Assembly: GCA_964016885.1 (NCBI GenBank)
Contig: OZ024758.1
Coordinates: forward strand, 39,742,001 to 39,806,000
DNA: 64,000 bases
DNA from: Eledone cirrhosa
Taxonomy: Eukaryota
Direction of reading: 5' to 3'
Shown here: piece after piece, positions 26,901 through 41,900 of the stretch
Position numbering within the stretch: position 1 is the stretch's first letter
Layout: each line of letters begins with the position of its first letter
The notes under the pieces: generated by a model
Databases searched by the model: none
The model's input: the letters and a program-made list of their open reading frames with translations, nothing else
What the model was told of the DNA's origin: nothing
Program-made: the position numbers and the translations under genes

Positions 26901-29900
26901 GAATTCTCACCAACATTGGAGTTCCTTCTGACAGCTAATACCATGAACTTAAATGAATTCTCACCAACAGTGGATTTACTTCTGACAGCTAATACCATGA
27001 ACTTAAATGAATTCTCACCAACAGTGGAGTTACTTCTGACAGCTAATACCATGAACTTAAATGAATTCTCACCAACAGTGGAGTTACTTCTGACAGCTAA
27101 TACCATGAACTTAAATGAATTCTCACCAACATTGGAGTGACTTCTGACAGCTAATACCATGAACTTAAATGAATTCTCACCAACATTGGGGTTACTTCTG
27201 ACAGCTAGTACCATGAACTTAAATGAATTCTCACCAACAGTGGAGTGACTTCTGACAGCTAATACCATGAACTTAAATGAATTCTCACCAACATTGGAGT
27301 GACTTCTGACAGCTAATACCATGACTTAAATGAATTCTCACCAACATTGGGGTTACTTCTGACAGCTAGTACCATGAACTTAAATGAATTCTCACCAACA
27401 GTGGAGTTACTTCTGACAGCTAATACCATGAACTTAAATGAATTCTCACCAACAGTGTAGTTACTTCTGACAGCTAGTACCATGAACTTAAATGAATTCT
27501 CACCAACAGTGGAGTTACTTCTGACAGCTAATACCATGAACTTAAATGAATTCTCACCAACATTGGAGTTACTTCTGACAGCTAGTACCATGAACTTAAA
27601 TGAATTCTCACCAACAGTGGAGTTACTTCTGACAGCTAGTACCATGAACTTAAATGAATTCTCACCAACATTGGAGTTACTTCTGACAACTAATACCAAG
27701 ACTTAAATGAATTCTCACCAACAGTGGAGTTCCTTCTGACAGCTAATACCATGAACTTAAATGAATTCTCACCAACATTGGAGTTACTTCTGACAGCTAA
27801 TACCATGAACTTAAATGAATTCTCACCAACATTGGAGTTACTTCTGACAGCTAGTACCATGAACTTAAATGAATTCTCACCAACAGTGGAGTTACTTCTG
27901 ACAGCTAGTACCATGAACTTAAATGAATTCTCACCAACATTGGAGTTACTTCTGACAACTAACACCAAGACTTAAATGAATTCTCACCAACAGTGGAGTT
28001 CCTTCTGACAGCTAATACCATGAACTTAAATGAATTCTCACCAACAGTGGAGTTACTTCTGACAGCTAATACCATGAACTTAAATGAATTCTCACCAACA
28101 GTGGAGTTACTTCTGACAGCTAATACCATGAACTTAAATGAATTCTCACCAACATTGGAGTGACTTCTGACAGCTAATACCATGAACTTAAATGAATTCT
28201 CACCAACATTGGGGTTACTTCTGACAGCTAGTACCATGAACTTAAATGAATTCTCACCAACAGTGGAGTGACTTCTGACAGCTAATACCATGAACTTAAA
28301 TGAATTCTCACCAACATTGGAGTGACTTCTGACAGCTAATACCATGAACTTAAATGAATTCTCACCAACATTGGGGTTACTTCTGACAGCTAGTACCATG
28401 AACTTAAATGAATTCTCACCAACAGTGGAGTTACTTCTGACAGCTAATACCATGAACTTAAATGAATTCTCACCAACAGTGGAGTTACTTCTGACAGCTA
28501 GTAACATGAACTTAAATGAATTCTCACCAACAGTGGAGTTACTTCTGACAGCTAATACAATGAACTTAAATGAATTCTCACCAACATTGGAGTTACTTCT
28601 GACAGCTAGTACCATGAACTTAAATGAATTCTCACCAACAGTGGAGTTACTTCTGACAGCTAGTACCATGAACTTAAATGAATTCTCACCAACATTGGAG
28701 TTACTTCTGACAACTAATACCAAGACTTAAATGAATTCTCACCAACAGTGGAGTTCCTTCTGACAGCTAATACCATGAACTTAAATGAATTCTCACCAAC
28801 ATTGGAGTTACTTCTGACAGCTAATACCATGAACTTAAATGAATTCTCACCAACATTGGAGTTACTTCTGACAGCTAGTACCATGAACTTAAATGAATTC
28901 TCACCAACAGTGGAGTTACTTCTGACAGCTAGTACCATGAACTTAAATGAATTCTCACCAACAGTGGAGTTACTTCTGACAGCTAATACCATGAACTTAA
29001 ATGAATTCTAACCAACAGTGGAGTTACTTCTGACAGCTAGTACCATGACTTAAATGAATTCTCATCAACATTGGAGTTCCTTCTGACAGCTAATACCATG
29101 AACTTAAATGAATTCTCACCAACAGTGGAGTTACTTCTGACAGCTAATACCATGAACTTAAATGAATTCTCACCAACATTGGATTTACTTCTGACAGCTA
29201 ATACCATGACTTAAATGAATTCTCACCAACAGTGGAGTTCCTTGTGACAGCTAATACCATGAACTTAAATGAATTCTCACCAACATTAGAGTTACTTCTG
29301 ACAGCTAGTACCATGAACTTAAATGAATTCTCACCAACAGTGGAGTTCCTTCTGACAGCTAATACCATGAACTTAAATGAATTCTCACCAACATTGGAGT
29401 TACTTCTGACAGCTAGTACCATGACTTAAATGAATTCTCACCAACATTGGAGTTACTTCTGACAACTAATACCATGACTTAAATGAATTCTCACCAACAG
29501 TGGAGTTACTTCTGACGAACTGATACCATGAACTTAAATGAATTCTCACCAACAGTGGAGTTACTTCTGACAACTAGTACCATGAACTTAAATGAATTCT
29601 CACCAACAGTGGAGTTACTTCTGACAGCTAATACCATGAACTTAAATGAATTCTCACCAACAGTGGAGTTCCTTCTGACAGCTAATACCATGAACTTAAA
29701 TGAATTCTCACCAACAGTGGAGTTACTTCTGACAGCTAGTACCATGACTTAAATGAATTCTCACCAACATTGGAGTTCCTTCTGACAGCTAATACCATGA
29801 ACTTAAATGAATTCTCACCAACAGTGGAGTTACTTCTGACAGCTAATACCATGAACTTAAATGAATTCTCACCAACAGTGGAGTTGCTTCTGACAGCTAA

Positions 29901-32900
29901 TACCATGAACTTAAACGAATTCTCACCAACAGTGGAGTTACTTCTGACAGCTAATACCATGAACTTAAATGAATTCTCACCAACATTGGAGTGACTTCTG
30001 ACAGCTAATACCATGAACTTAAATGAATTATCACCAACATTGGGGTTACTTCTGACAGCTAGTACCATGCACTTAAATGAATTCTCACCAACAGTGGAGT
30101 GACTTCTAACAGCTAATACCATGAACTTAAATGAATTCTCACCAACATTGGAGTGACTTCTGACAGCTAACACCAAGACTTAAATGAATTCTCACCAACA
30201 GTGGAGTTCCTTCTGACAGCTAATACCATGAACTTAAATGAATTCTCACCAACAGTGGAGTTACTTCTGACAGCTAATACCATGAACTTAAATGAATTCT
30301 CACCAACAGTGGAGTTACTTCTGACAGCTAATACCATGAACTTAAATGCATTCTCACCAACATTGGAGTGACTTCTGACAGCTAGTACCATGAACTTAAA
30401 TGAATTCTCACCAACAGTGGAGTTACTTCTGACAGCTAATACCATGAACTTAAATGAATTCTCACCAACATTGGAGTTACTTCTGACAGCTAGTACCATG
30501 AACTTAAATGAATTCTCACCAACAGTGGAGTTACTTCTGGCAGCTAGTACCATGAACTTAAATGAATTCTCACCAACATTGGAGTTACTTCTGACAACTA
30601 ATACCAAGACTTAAATGAATTCTCACCAACAGTGGAGTTCCTTCTGACAGCTAATACCATGAACTTAAATGAATTCTCACCAACATTGGAGTTACTTCTG
30701 ACAGCTAATACCATGAACTTAAATGAATTCTCACCAACATTGGAGTTACTTCTGACAGCTAGTACCATGAACTTAAATGAATTCTCACCAACAGTGGAGT
30801 TACTTCTGACAGCTAGTACCATGAACTTAAATGAATTCTCACCAACATTGGAGTTACTTCTGACAACTAACACCAAGACTTAAATGAATTCTCACCAACA
30901 GTGGAGTTCCTTCTGACAGCTAATACCATGAACTTAAATGAATTCTCACCAACAGTGGAGTTACTTCTGACAGCTAATACCATGAACTTAAATGAATTCT
31001 CACCAACAGTGGAGTGACTTCTGACAGCTAATACCATGAACTTAAATGAATTCTCACCAACAGTGGAGTTACTTCTGACAGCTAATACCATGAACTTAAA
31101 TGAATTCTCACCAACATTGGAGTGACTTCTGACAGCTAATACCATGAACTTAAATGAATTCTCACCAACATTGGGGTTACTTCTGACAGCTAGTACCATG
31201 AACTTAAATGAATTCTCACCAACAGTGGAGTGACTTCTGACAGCTAATACCATGAACTTAAATGAATTCTCACCAACATTGGAGTGACTACTGACAGCTA
31301 ATACCATGAACTTAAATGAATTCTCACCAACATTGGGGTTACTTCTGACAGCTAGTACCATGAACTTAAATGAATTCTCACCAACAGTGGAGTTACTTCT
31401 GACAGCTAATACCATGAACTTAAATGAATTCTCACCAACAGTGGAGTTACTTCTGACAGCTAGTACCATGAACTTAAATGAATTCTCACCAACAGTGGAG
31501 TTACTTCTGACAGCTAATACCATGAACTTAAATGAATTCTCACCAACATTGGAGTTACTTCTGACAGCTAGTACCATGAACTTAAATGAATTCTCACCAA
31601 CAGTGGAGTTACTTCTGACAGCTAGTACCATGACCTTAAATGAATTCTCACCAACATTGGTGTTACTTCTGACAACTAATACCAAGACTTAAATGAATTC
31701 TCACCAACAGTGGAGTTCCTTCTGACAGCTAATACCATGAACTTAAATGAATTCTCACCAACATTGGAGTTACTTCTGACAGCTAATACCATGAACTTAA
31801 ATGAATTCTCACCAACATTGGAGTGACTTCTGACAGCTAATACCATGAACTTAAATGAATTATCACCAACATTGGGGTTACTTCTGACAGCTAGTACCAT
31901 GCACTTAAATGAATTCTCACCAACAGTGGAGTGACTTCTAACAGCTAATACCATGAACTTAAATGAATTCTCACCAACATTGGAGTGACTTCTGACAGCT
32001 AACACCAAGACTTAAATGAATTCTCACCAACAGTGGAGTTCCTTCTGACAGCTAATACCATGAACTTAAATGAATTCTCACCAACAGTGGAGTTACTTCT
32101 GACAGCTAATACCATGAACTTAAATGAATTCTCACCAACAGTGGAGTTACTTCTGACAGCTAATACCATGAACTTAAATGCATTCTCACCAACATTGGAG
32201 TGACTTCTGACAGCTAGTACCATGAACTTAAATGAATTCTCACCAACAGTGGAGTTACTTCTGACAGCTAATACCATGAACTTAAATGAATTCTCACCAA
32301 CATTGGAGTTACTTCTGACAGCTAGTACCATGAACTTAAATGAATTCTCACCAACAGTGGAGTTACTTCTGGCAGCTAGTACCATGAACTTAAATGAATT
32401 CTCACCAACATTGGAGTTACTTCTGACAACTAATACCAAGACTTAAATGAATTCTCACCAACAGTGGAGTTCCTTCTGACAGCTAATACCATGAACTTAA
32501 ATGAATTCTCACCAACATTGGAGTTACTTCTGACAGCTAATACCATGAACTTAAATGAATTCTCACCAACATTGGAGTTACTTCTGACAGCTAGTACCAT
32601 GAACTTAAATGAATTCTCACCAACAGTGGAGTTACTTCTGACAGCTAGTACCATGAACTTAAATGAATTCTCACCAACATTGGAGTTACTTCTGACAACT
32701 AACACCAAGACTTAAATGAATTCTCACCAACAGTGGAGTTCCTTCTGACAGCTAATACCATGAACTTAAATGAATTCTCACCAACAGTGGAGTTACTTCT
32801 GACAGCTAATACCATGAACTTAAATGAATTCTCACCAACAGTGGAGTGACTTCTGACAGCTAATACCATGAACTTAAATGAATTCTCACCAACAGTGGAG

Positions 32901-35900
32901 TTACTTCTGACAGCTAATACCATGAACTTAAATGAATTCTCACCAACATTGGAGTGACTTCTGACAGCTAATACCATGAACTTAAATGAATTCTCACCAA
33001 CATTGGGGTTACTTCTGACAGCTAGTACCATGAACTTAAATGAATTCTCACCAACAGTGGAGTGACTTCTGACAGCTAATACCATGAACTTAAATGAATT
33101 CTCACCAACATTGGAGTGACTACTGACAGCTAATACCATGAACTTAAATGAATTCTCACCAACATTGGGGTTACTTCTGACAGCTAGTACCATGAACTTA
33201 AATGAATTCTCACCAACAGTGGAGTTACTTCTGACAGCTAATACCATGAACTTAAATGAATTCTCACCAACAGTGGAGTTACTTCTGACAGCTAGTACCA
33301 TGAACTTAAATGAATTCTCACCAACAGTGGAGTTACTTCTGACAGCTAATACCATGAACTTAAATGAATTCTCACCAACATTGGAGTTACTTCTGACAGC
33401 TAGTACCATGAACTTAAATGAATTCTCACCAACAGTGGAGTTACTTCTGACAGCTAGTACCATGACCTTAAATGAATTCTCACCAACATTGGTGTTACTT
33501 CTGACAACTAATACCAAGACTTAAATGAATTCTCACCAACAGTGGAGTTCCTTCTGACAGCTAATACCATGAACTTAAATGAATTCTCACCAACATTGGA
33601 GTTACTTCTGACAGCTAATACCATGAACTTAAATGAATTCTCACCAACATTGGAGTTACTTCTGACAGCTAGTACCATGGACTTAAATGAATTCTCACCA
33701 ACAGTGGAGTTACTTCTGACAGCTAGTACCATGAACTTAAATGAATTCTCACCAACATTGGAGTTACTTCTGACAGCTAATACCATGAACTTAAATGAAT
33801 TCTCACCAACAGTGGAGTTACTTCTGACAGCTAGTACCATGAACTTAAATGAATTCTCACCAACAGTGGAGTTACTTCTGACAGCTAATACCATGAACTT
33901 AAATGAATTCTCACCAACATTGGAGTTACTTCTGACAGCTAGTACCATGAACTTAAATGAATTCTCACCAACAGTGGAGTTACTTCTGACAGCTAGTACC
34001 ATGACCTTAAATGAATTCTCACCAACATTGGTGTTACTTCTGACAACTAATACCAAGACTTAAATGAATTCTCACCAACAGTGGAGTTCCTTCTGACAGC
34101 TAATACCATGAACTTAAATGAATTCTCACCAACATTGGAGTTACTTCTGACAGCTAATACCATGAACTTAAATGAATTCTCACCAACATTGGAGTGACTT
34201 CTGACAGCTAATACCATGAACTTAAATGAATTATCACCAACATTGGGGTTACTTCTGACAGCTAGTACCATGCACTTAAATGAATTCTCACCAACAGTGG
34301 AGTGACTTCTAACAGCTAATACCATGAACTTAAATGAATTCTCACCAACATTGGAGTGACTTCTGACAGCTAACACCAAGACTTAAATGAATTCTCACCA
34401 ACAGTGGAGTTCCTTCTGACAGCTAATACCATGAACTTAAATGAATTCTCACCAACAGTGGAGTTACTTCTGACAGCTAATACCATGAACTTAAATGAAT
34501 TCTCACCAACAGTGGAGTTACTTCTGACAGCTAATACCATGAACTTAAATGCATTCTCACCAACATTGGAGTGACTTCTGACAGCTAGTACCATGAACTT
34601 AAATGAATTCTCACCAACAGTGGAGTTACTTCTGACAGCTAATACCATGAACTTAAATGAATTCTCACCAACATTGGAGTTACTTCTGACAGCTAGTACC
34701 ATGAACTTAAATGAATTCTCACCAACAGTGGAGTTACTTCTGGCAGCTAGTACCATGAACTTAAATGAATTCTCACCAACATTGGAGTTACTTCTGACAA
34801 CTAATACCAAGACTTAAATGAATTCTCACCAACAGTGGAGTTCCTTCTGACAGCTAATACCATGAACTTAAATGAATTCTCACCAACATTGGAGTTACTT
34901 CTGACAGCTAATACCATGAACTTAAATGAATTCTCACCAACATTGGAGTTACTTCTGACAGCTAGTACCATGAACTTAAATGAATTCTCACCAACAGTGG
35001 AGTTACTTCTGACAGCTAGTACCATGAACTTAAATGAATTCTCACCAACATTGGAGTTACTTCTGACAACTAACACCAAGACTTAAATGAATTCTCACCA
35101 ACAGTGGAGTTCCTTCTGACAGCTAATACCATGAACTTAAATGAATTCTCACCAACAGTGGAGTTACTTCTGACAGCTAATACCATGAACTTAAATGAAT
35201 TCTCACCAACAGTGGAGTGACTTCTGACAGCTAATACCATGAACTTAAATGAATTCTCACCAACAGTGGAGTTACTTCTGACAGCTAATACCATGAACTT
35301 AAATGAATTCTCACCAACATTGGAGTGACTTCTGACAGCTAATACCATGAACTTAAATGAATTCTCACCAACATTGGGGTTACTTCTGACAGCTAGTACC
35401 ATGAACTTAAATGAATTCTCACCAACAGTGGAGTGACTTCTGACAGCTAATACCATGAACTTAAATGAATTCTCACCAACATTGGAGTGACTACTGACAG
35501 CTAATACCATGAACTTAAATGAATTCTCACCAACATTGGGGTTACTTCTGACAGCTAGTACCATGAACTTAAATGAATTCTCACCAACAGTGGAGTTACT
35601 TCTGACAGCTAATACCATGAACTTAAATGAATTCTCACCAACAGTGGAGTTACTTCTGACAGCTAGTACCATGAACTTAAATGAATTCTCACCAACAGTG
35701 GAGTTACTTCTGACAGCTAATACCATGAACTTAAATGAATTCTCACCAACATTGGAGTTACTTCTGACAGCTAGTACCATGAACTTAAATGAATTCTCAC
35801 CAACAGTGGAGTTACTTCTGACAGCTAGTACCATGACCTTAAATGAATTCTCACCAACATTGGTGTTACTTCTGACAACTAATACCAAGACTTAAATGAA

Positions 35901-38900
35901 TTCTCACCAACAGTGGAGTTCCTTCTGACAGCTAATACCATGAACTTAAATGAATTCTCACCAACATTGGAGTTACTTCTGACAGCTAATACCATGAACT
36001 TAAATGAATTCTCACCAACATTGGAGTTACTTCTGACAGCTAGTACCATGGACTTAAATGAATTCTCACCAACAGTGGAGTTACTTCTGACAGCTAGTAC
36101 CATGAACTTAAATGAATTCTCACCAACATTGGAGTTACTTCTGACAACTAACACCAAGACTTAAATGAATTCTCACCAACAGTGGAGTTACTTCTGACAG
36201 CTAATACCATGAACTTAAATGAATTCTCACCAACATTGGAGTTACTTCTGACAGCTAGTACCATGAACTTAAATGAATTCTCACCAACAGTGGTGTTACT
36301 TCTGACAGCTAATACCATGAACTTAGATGAATTCTCACCAACAGTGGCGTTCCTTCTGACAGCTAATACCATGAACTTAAATGAATTCTCACCAACAGTG
36401 GAGTTACTTCTGACAGCTAGTACCATGAATTAAATGAATTCTCACCAACATTGGAGTTCCTTCTGACAGCTAATACCATGAACTTAAATGAATTCTCACC
36501 AACAGTGGAGTTACTTCTGACAGCTAATACCATGAACTTAAATGAATTCTCACCAACATTGGATTTACTTCTGACAGCTAATACCATGACTTAAAGGAAT
36601 TCTCACCAACAGTGGAGTTCCTTGTGACAGCTAATACCATGAACTTAAATGAATTCTCACCAACATTAGAGTTACTTCTGACAGCTAGTACCATGAACTT
36701 AAATGAATTCTCACCAACAGTGGAGTTCCTTCTGACAGCTAATACCATGAACTTAAATGAATTCTCACCAACATTGGAGTTACTTCTGACAGCTAGTACC
36801 ATGACTTAAATGAATTCTCACCAACATTGGAGTTACTTCTGACAACTAATACCATGACTTAAATGAATTCTCACCAACAGTGGAGTTACTTCTGACGAAC
36901 TAATACCATGAACTTAAATGAATTCTCACCAACAGTGGAGTTACTTCTGACAACTAGTACCATGAACTTAAATGAATTCTCACCAACAGTGGAGTTACTT
37001 CTGACAGCTAATACCATGATCTTAAATGAATTCTCACCAACAGTGGAGTTCCTTCTGACAGCTAATACCATGAACTTAAATGAATTCTCACCAACATTGG
37101 AGTTACTTCTGACAGCTAGTACCATGAACTTAAATGAATTCTCACCAACAGTGGAGTTACTTCTGACAGCTAATACCATGAACTTAAATGAATTCTCACC
37201 AACAGTGGCGTTCCTTCTGACAGCTAATACCATGAACTTAAATGAATTCTCACCAACAGTGGAGTTACTTCTGACAGCTAGTACCATGACTTAAATGAAT
37301 TCTCACCAACATTGGAGTTCCTTCTGACAGCTAATACCATGAACTTAAATGAATTCTCACCAACAGTGGAGTTACTTCTGACAGCTAATACCATGAACTT
37401 AAATGAATTCTCACCAACAGTGGAGTTGCTTCTGACAGCTAATACCATGAACTTAAACGAATTCTCACCAACAGTGGAGTTACTTCTGACAGCTAATACC
37501 ATGAACTTAAATGAATTCTCACCAACATTGGAGTGACTTCTGACAGCTAATACCATGAACTTAAATGAATTCTCACCAACATTGGGGTTACTTCTGACAG
37601 CTGGTACCATGAACTTAAATGAATTCTCACCAACAGTGGAGTGACTTCTAACAGCTAATACCATGAACTTAAATGAATTCTCACCAACATTGGAGTGACT
37701 TCTGACAGCTAATACCATGAACTTAAATGAATTCTCACCAACATTGGGGTTACTTCTGACAGCTAGTACCATGAACTTAAATGAATTCTCACCAACATTG
37801 GAGTTACTTCTGACAACTAACACCAAGACTTAAATGAATTCTCACCAACAGTGGAGTTACTTCTGACAGCTAATACCATGAACTTAAATGAATTCTCACC
37901 AACATTGGAGTTACTTCTGACAGCTAGTACCATGAACTTAAATGAATTCTCACCAACAGTGGTGTTACTTCTGACAGCTAATACCATGAACTTAGATGAA
38001 TTCTCACCAACAGTGGCGTTCCTTCTGACAGCTAATACCATGAACTTAAATGAATTCTCACCAACAGTGGAGTTACTTCTGACAGCTAGTACCATGACTT
38101 AAATGAATTCTCACCAACATTGGAGTTCCTTCTGACAGCTAATACCATGAACTTAAATGAATTCTCACCAACAGTGGAGTTACTTCTGACAGCTAATACC
38201 ATGAACTTAAATGAATTCTCACCAACATTGGATTTACTTCTGACAGCTAATACCATGACTTAAAGGAATTCTCACCAACAGTGGAGTTCCTTGTGACAGC
38301 TACTACCATGAACTTAAATGAATTCTCACCAACATTAGAGTTACTTCTGACAGCTAGTACCATGAACTTAAATGAATTCTCACCAACAGTGGAGTTCCTT
38401 CTGACAGCTAATACCATGAACTTAAATGAATTCTCACCAACATTGGAGTTACTTCTGACAGCTAGTACCATGACTTAAATGAATTCTCACCAACATTGGA
38501 GTTACTTCTGACAACTAATACCATGACTTAAATGAATTCTCACCAACAGTGGAGTTACTTCTGACGAACTAATACCATGAACTTAAATGAATTCTCACCA
38601 ACAGTGGAGTTACTTCTGACAACTAGTACAATGAACTTAAATGAATTCTCACCAACAGTGGAGTTACTTCTGACAGCTAATACCATGAACTTAAATGAAT
38701 TCTCACCAACAGTGGAGTTCCTTCTGACAGCTAATACCATGAACTTAAATGAATTCTCACCAACATTGGAGTTACTTCTGACAGCTAGTACCATGAACTT
38801 AAATGAATTCTCACCAACAGTGGAGTTACTTCTGACAGCTAATACCATGAACTTAAATGAATTCTCACCAACAGTGGCGTTCCTTCTGACAGCTAATACC

Positions 38901-41900
38901 ATGAACTTAAATGAATTCTCACCAACAGTGGAGTTACTTCTAACAGCTAGTACCATGACTTAAATGAATTCTCACCAACATTGGAGTTCCTTCTGACAGC
39001 TAATACCATGAACTTAAATGAATTCTCACCAACAGTGGAGTTACTTCTGACAGCTAATACCATGAACTTAAATGAATTCTCACCAACAGTGGAGTTGCTT
39101 CTGACAGCTAATACCATGAACTTAAACGAATTCTCACCAACAGTGGAGTTACTTCTGACAGCTAATACCATGAACTTAAATGAATTCTCACCAACATTGG
39201 AGTGACTTCTGACAGCTAATACCATGAACTTAAATGAATTCTCACCAACATTGGGGTTACTTCTGACAGCTAGTACCATGAACTTAAATGAATTCTCACC
39301 AACAGTGGAGTGACTTCTAACAGCTAATACCATGAACTTAAATGAATTCTCACCAACATTGGAGTGACTTCTGACAGCTAATACCATGAACTTAAATGAA
39401 TTCTCACCAACATTGGGGTTACTTCTGACAGCTAGTACCATGAACTTAAATGAATTCTCACCAACAGTGGAGTTACTTCTGACAGCTAATACCATGAACT
39501 TAAATGAATTCTCACCAACATTGGAGTTACTTCTGACAGCTAGTACCATGAACTTAAATGAATTCTCACCAACAGTGGAGTTACTTCTGACAGCTAGTAC
39601 CATGAACTTAAATGAATTCTCACCAACATTGGAGTTACTTCTGACAACTAATACCAAGACTTAAATGAATTCTCACCAACAGTGGAGTTCCTTCTGACAG
39701 CTAATACCATGAACTTAAATGAATTCTCACCAACATTGGAGTTACTTCTGACAGCTAGTACCATGAACTTAAATGAATTCTCACCAACAGTGGAGTTACT
39801 TCTGATAGCTAATACCATGAACTTAAATGAATTCTCACCAACAGTGGCGTTCCTTCTGACAGCTAATACCATGAACTTAAATGAATTCTCACCAACAGTG
39901 GAGTTACTTCTGACAGCTAGTACCATGACTTAAATGAATTCTCACCAACATTGGAGTTCCTTCTGACAGGTAATACCATGAACTTAAATGAATTCTCACC
40001 AACAGTGGAGTTACTTCTGACAGCTAATACCATGAACTTAAATGAATTCTCACCAACAGTGGAGTTACTTCTGACAGCTAATACCATGAACTTAAATGAA
40101 TTCTCACCAACAGTGGAGTTACTTCTGACAGCTAATACCATGAACTTAAATGAATTCTCACCAACATTGGAGTGACTTCTGACAGCTAATACCATGAACT
40201 TAAATGAATTCTCAGCAACATTGGGGTTACTTCTGACAGCTAGTACCATGAACTTAAATGAATTCTCACCAACAGTGGAGTGACTTCTGACAGCTAATAC
40301 CATGAACTTAAATGAATTCTAACCAACATTGGAGTGACTTCTGACAGCTAATACCATGAACTTAAATGAATTCTCACCAACATTGGGGTTACTTCTGACA
40401 GCTAGTACCATAAACTTAAATGAATTCTCACCAACAGTGGAGTTACTTCTGACAGCTAGTACCATGAACTTAAATGAATTCTCACCAACAGTGGAGTTAC
40501 TTCTGACAGCTAATATCATGAACTTAAATGAATTCTTACCAACATTGGAGTTACTTCTGACAGCTAGTACCATGAACTTAAATGAATTCTCACCAACAGT
40601 GGAGTTACTTCTGACAACTAGTACCATGAACTTAAATGAATTCTCACCAACAGTGGAGTTACTTCTGACAGCTAATACCATGAACTTAAATGAATTATCA
40701 CCAACAGTGGAGTTCCTTCTGACAGCTAATACCATGAACTTAAATGAATTCTCACCAACATTGGAGTTACTTCTGACAGCTAGTACCATGAACTTAAATG
40801 AATTCTCACCAACAGTGGAGTTACTTCTGACAGCTAATACCATGAACTTAAATGAATTCTCACCAACAGTGGCGTTCCTTCTGACAGCTAATACCATGAA
40901 CTTAAATGAATTCTCACCAACAGTGGAGTTACTTCTGACAGCTAGTACCATGACTTAAATTAATTCTCACCAACATTGGAGTTCCTTCTGACAGCTAATA
41001 CCATGAACTTAAATGAATTCTCACCAACAGTGGAGTTACTTCTGACAGCTAATACCATGAACTTAAATGAATTCTCACCAACAGTGGAGTTGCTTCTGAC
41101 AGCTAATACCATGAACTTAAATGAATTCTCACCAACAGTGGAGTTACTTCTGACAGCTAATACCATGAACTTAAATGAATTCTCACCAACATTGGAGTGA
41201 CTTCTGACAGCTAATACCATGAACTTAAATGAATTCTCACCAACATTGGGGTTACTTCTGACAGCTAGTACCATGAACTTAAATGAATTCTCACCAACAT
41301 TGGAGTTACTTCTGACAACTAACACCAAGACTTAAATGAATTCTCACCAACAGTGGAGTTACTTCTGACAGCTAATACCATGAACTTAAACGAATTCTCA
41401 CCAACAGTGGAGTTACTTCTGACAGCTAATACCATGAACTTAAATGAATTCTCACCAACATTGGAGTGACTTCTGACAGCTAATACCATGAACTTAAATG
41501 AATTCTCACCAACATTGGGGTTACTTCTGACAGCTAGTACCATGAACTTAAATGAATTCTCACCAACAGTGGAGTGACTTCTAACAGCTAATACCATGAA
41601 CTTAAATGAATTCTCACCAACATTGGAGTTCCTTCTGACAGCTAATACCATGAACTTAAATGAATTCTCACCAACAGTGGAGTTACTTCTGACAGCTAAT
41701 ACCATGAACTTAAATGAATTCTCACCAACATTGGATTTACTTCTGACAGCTAATACCATGAATTAAATGAATTCTCACCAACAGTGGAGTTCCTTGTGAC
41801 AGCTAATACCATGAACGTAAATGAATTCTCACCAACATTGGAGTTACTTCTGACAGCTAGTACCATGAACTTAAATGAATTCTCACCAACAGTGGAGTTA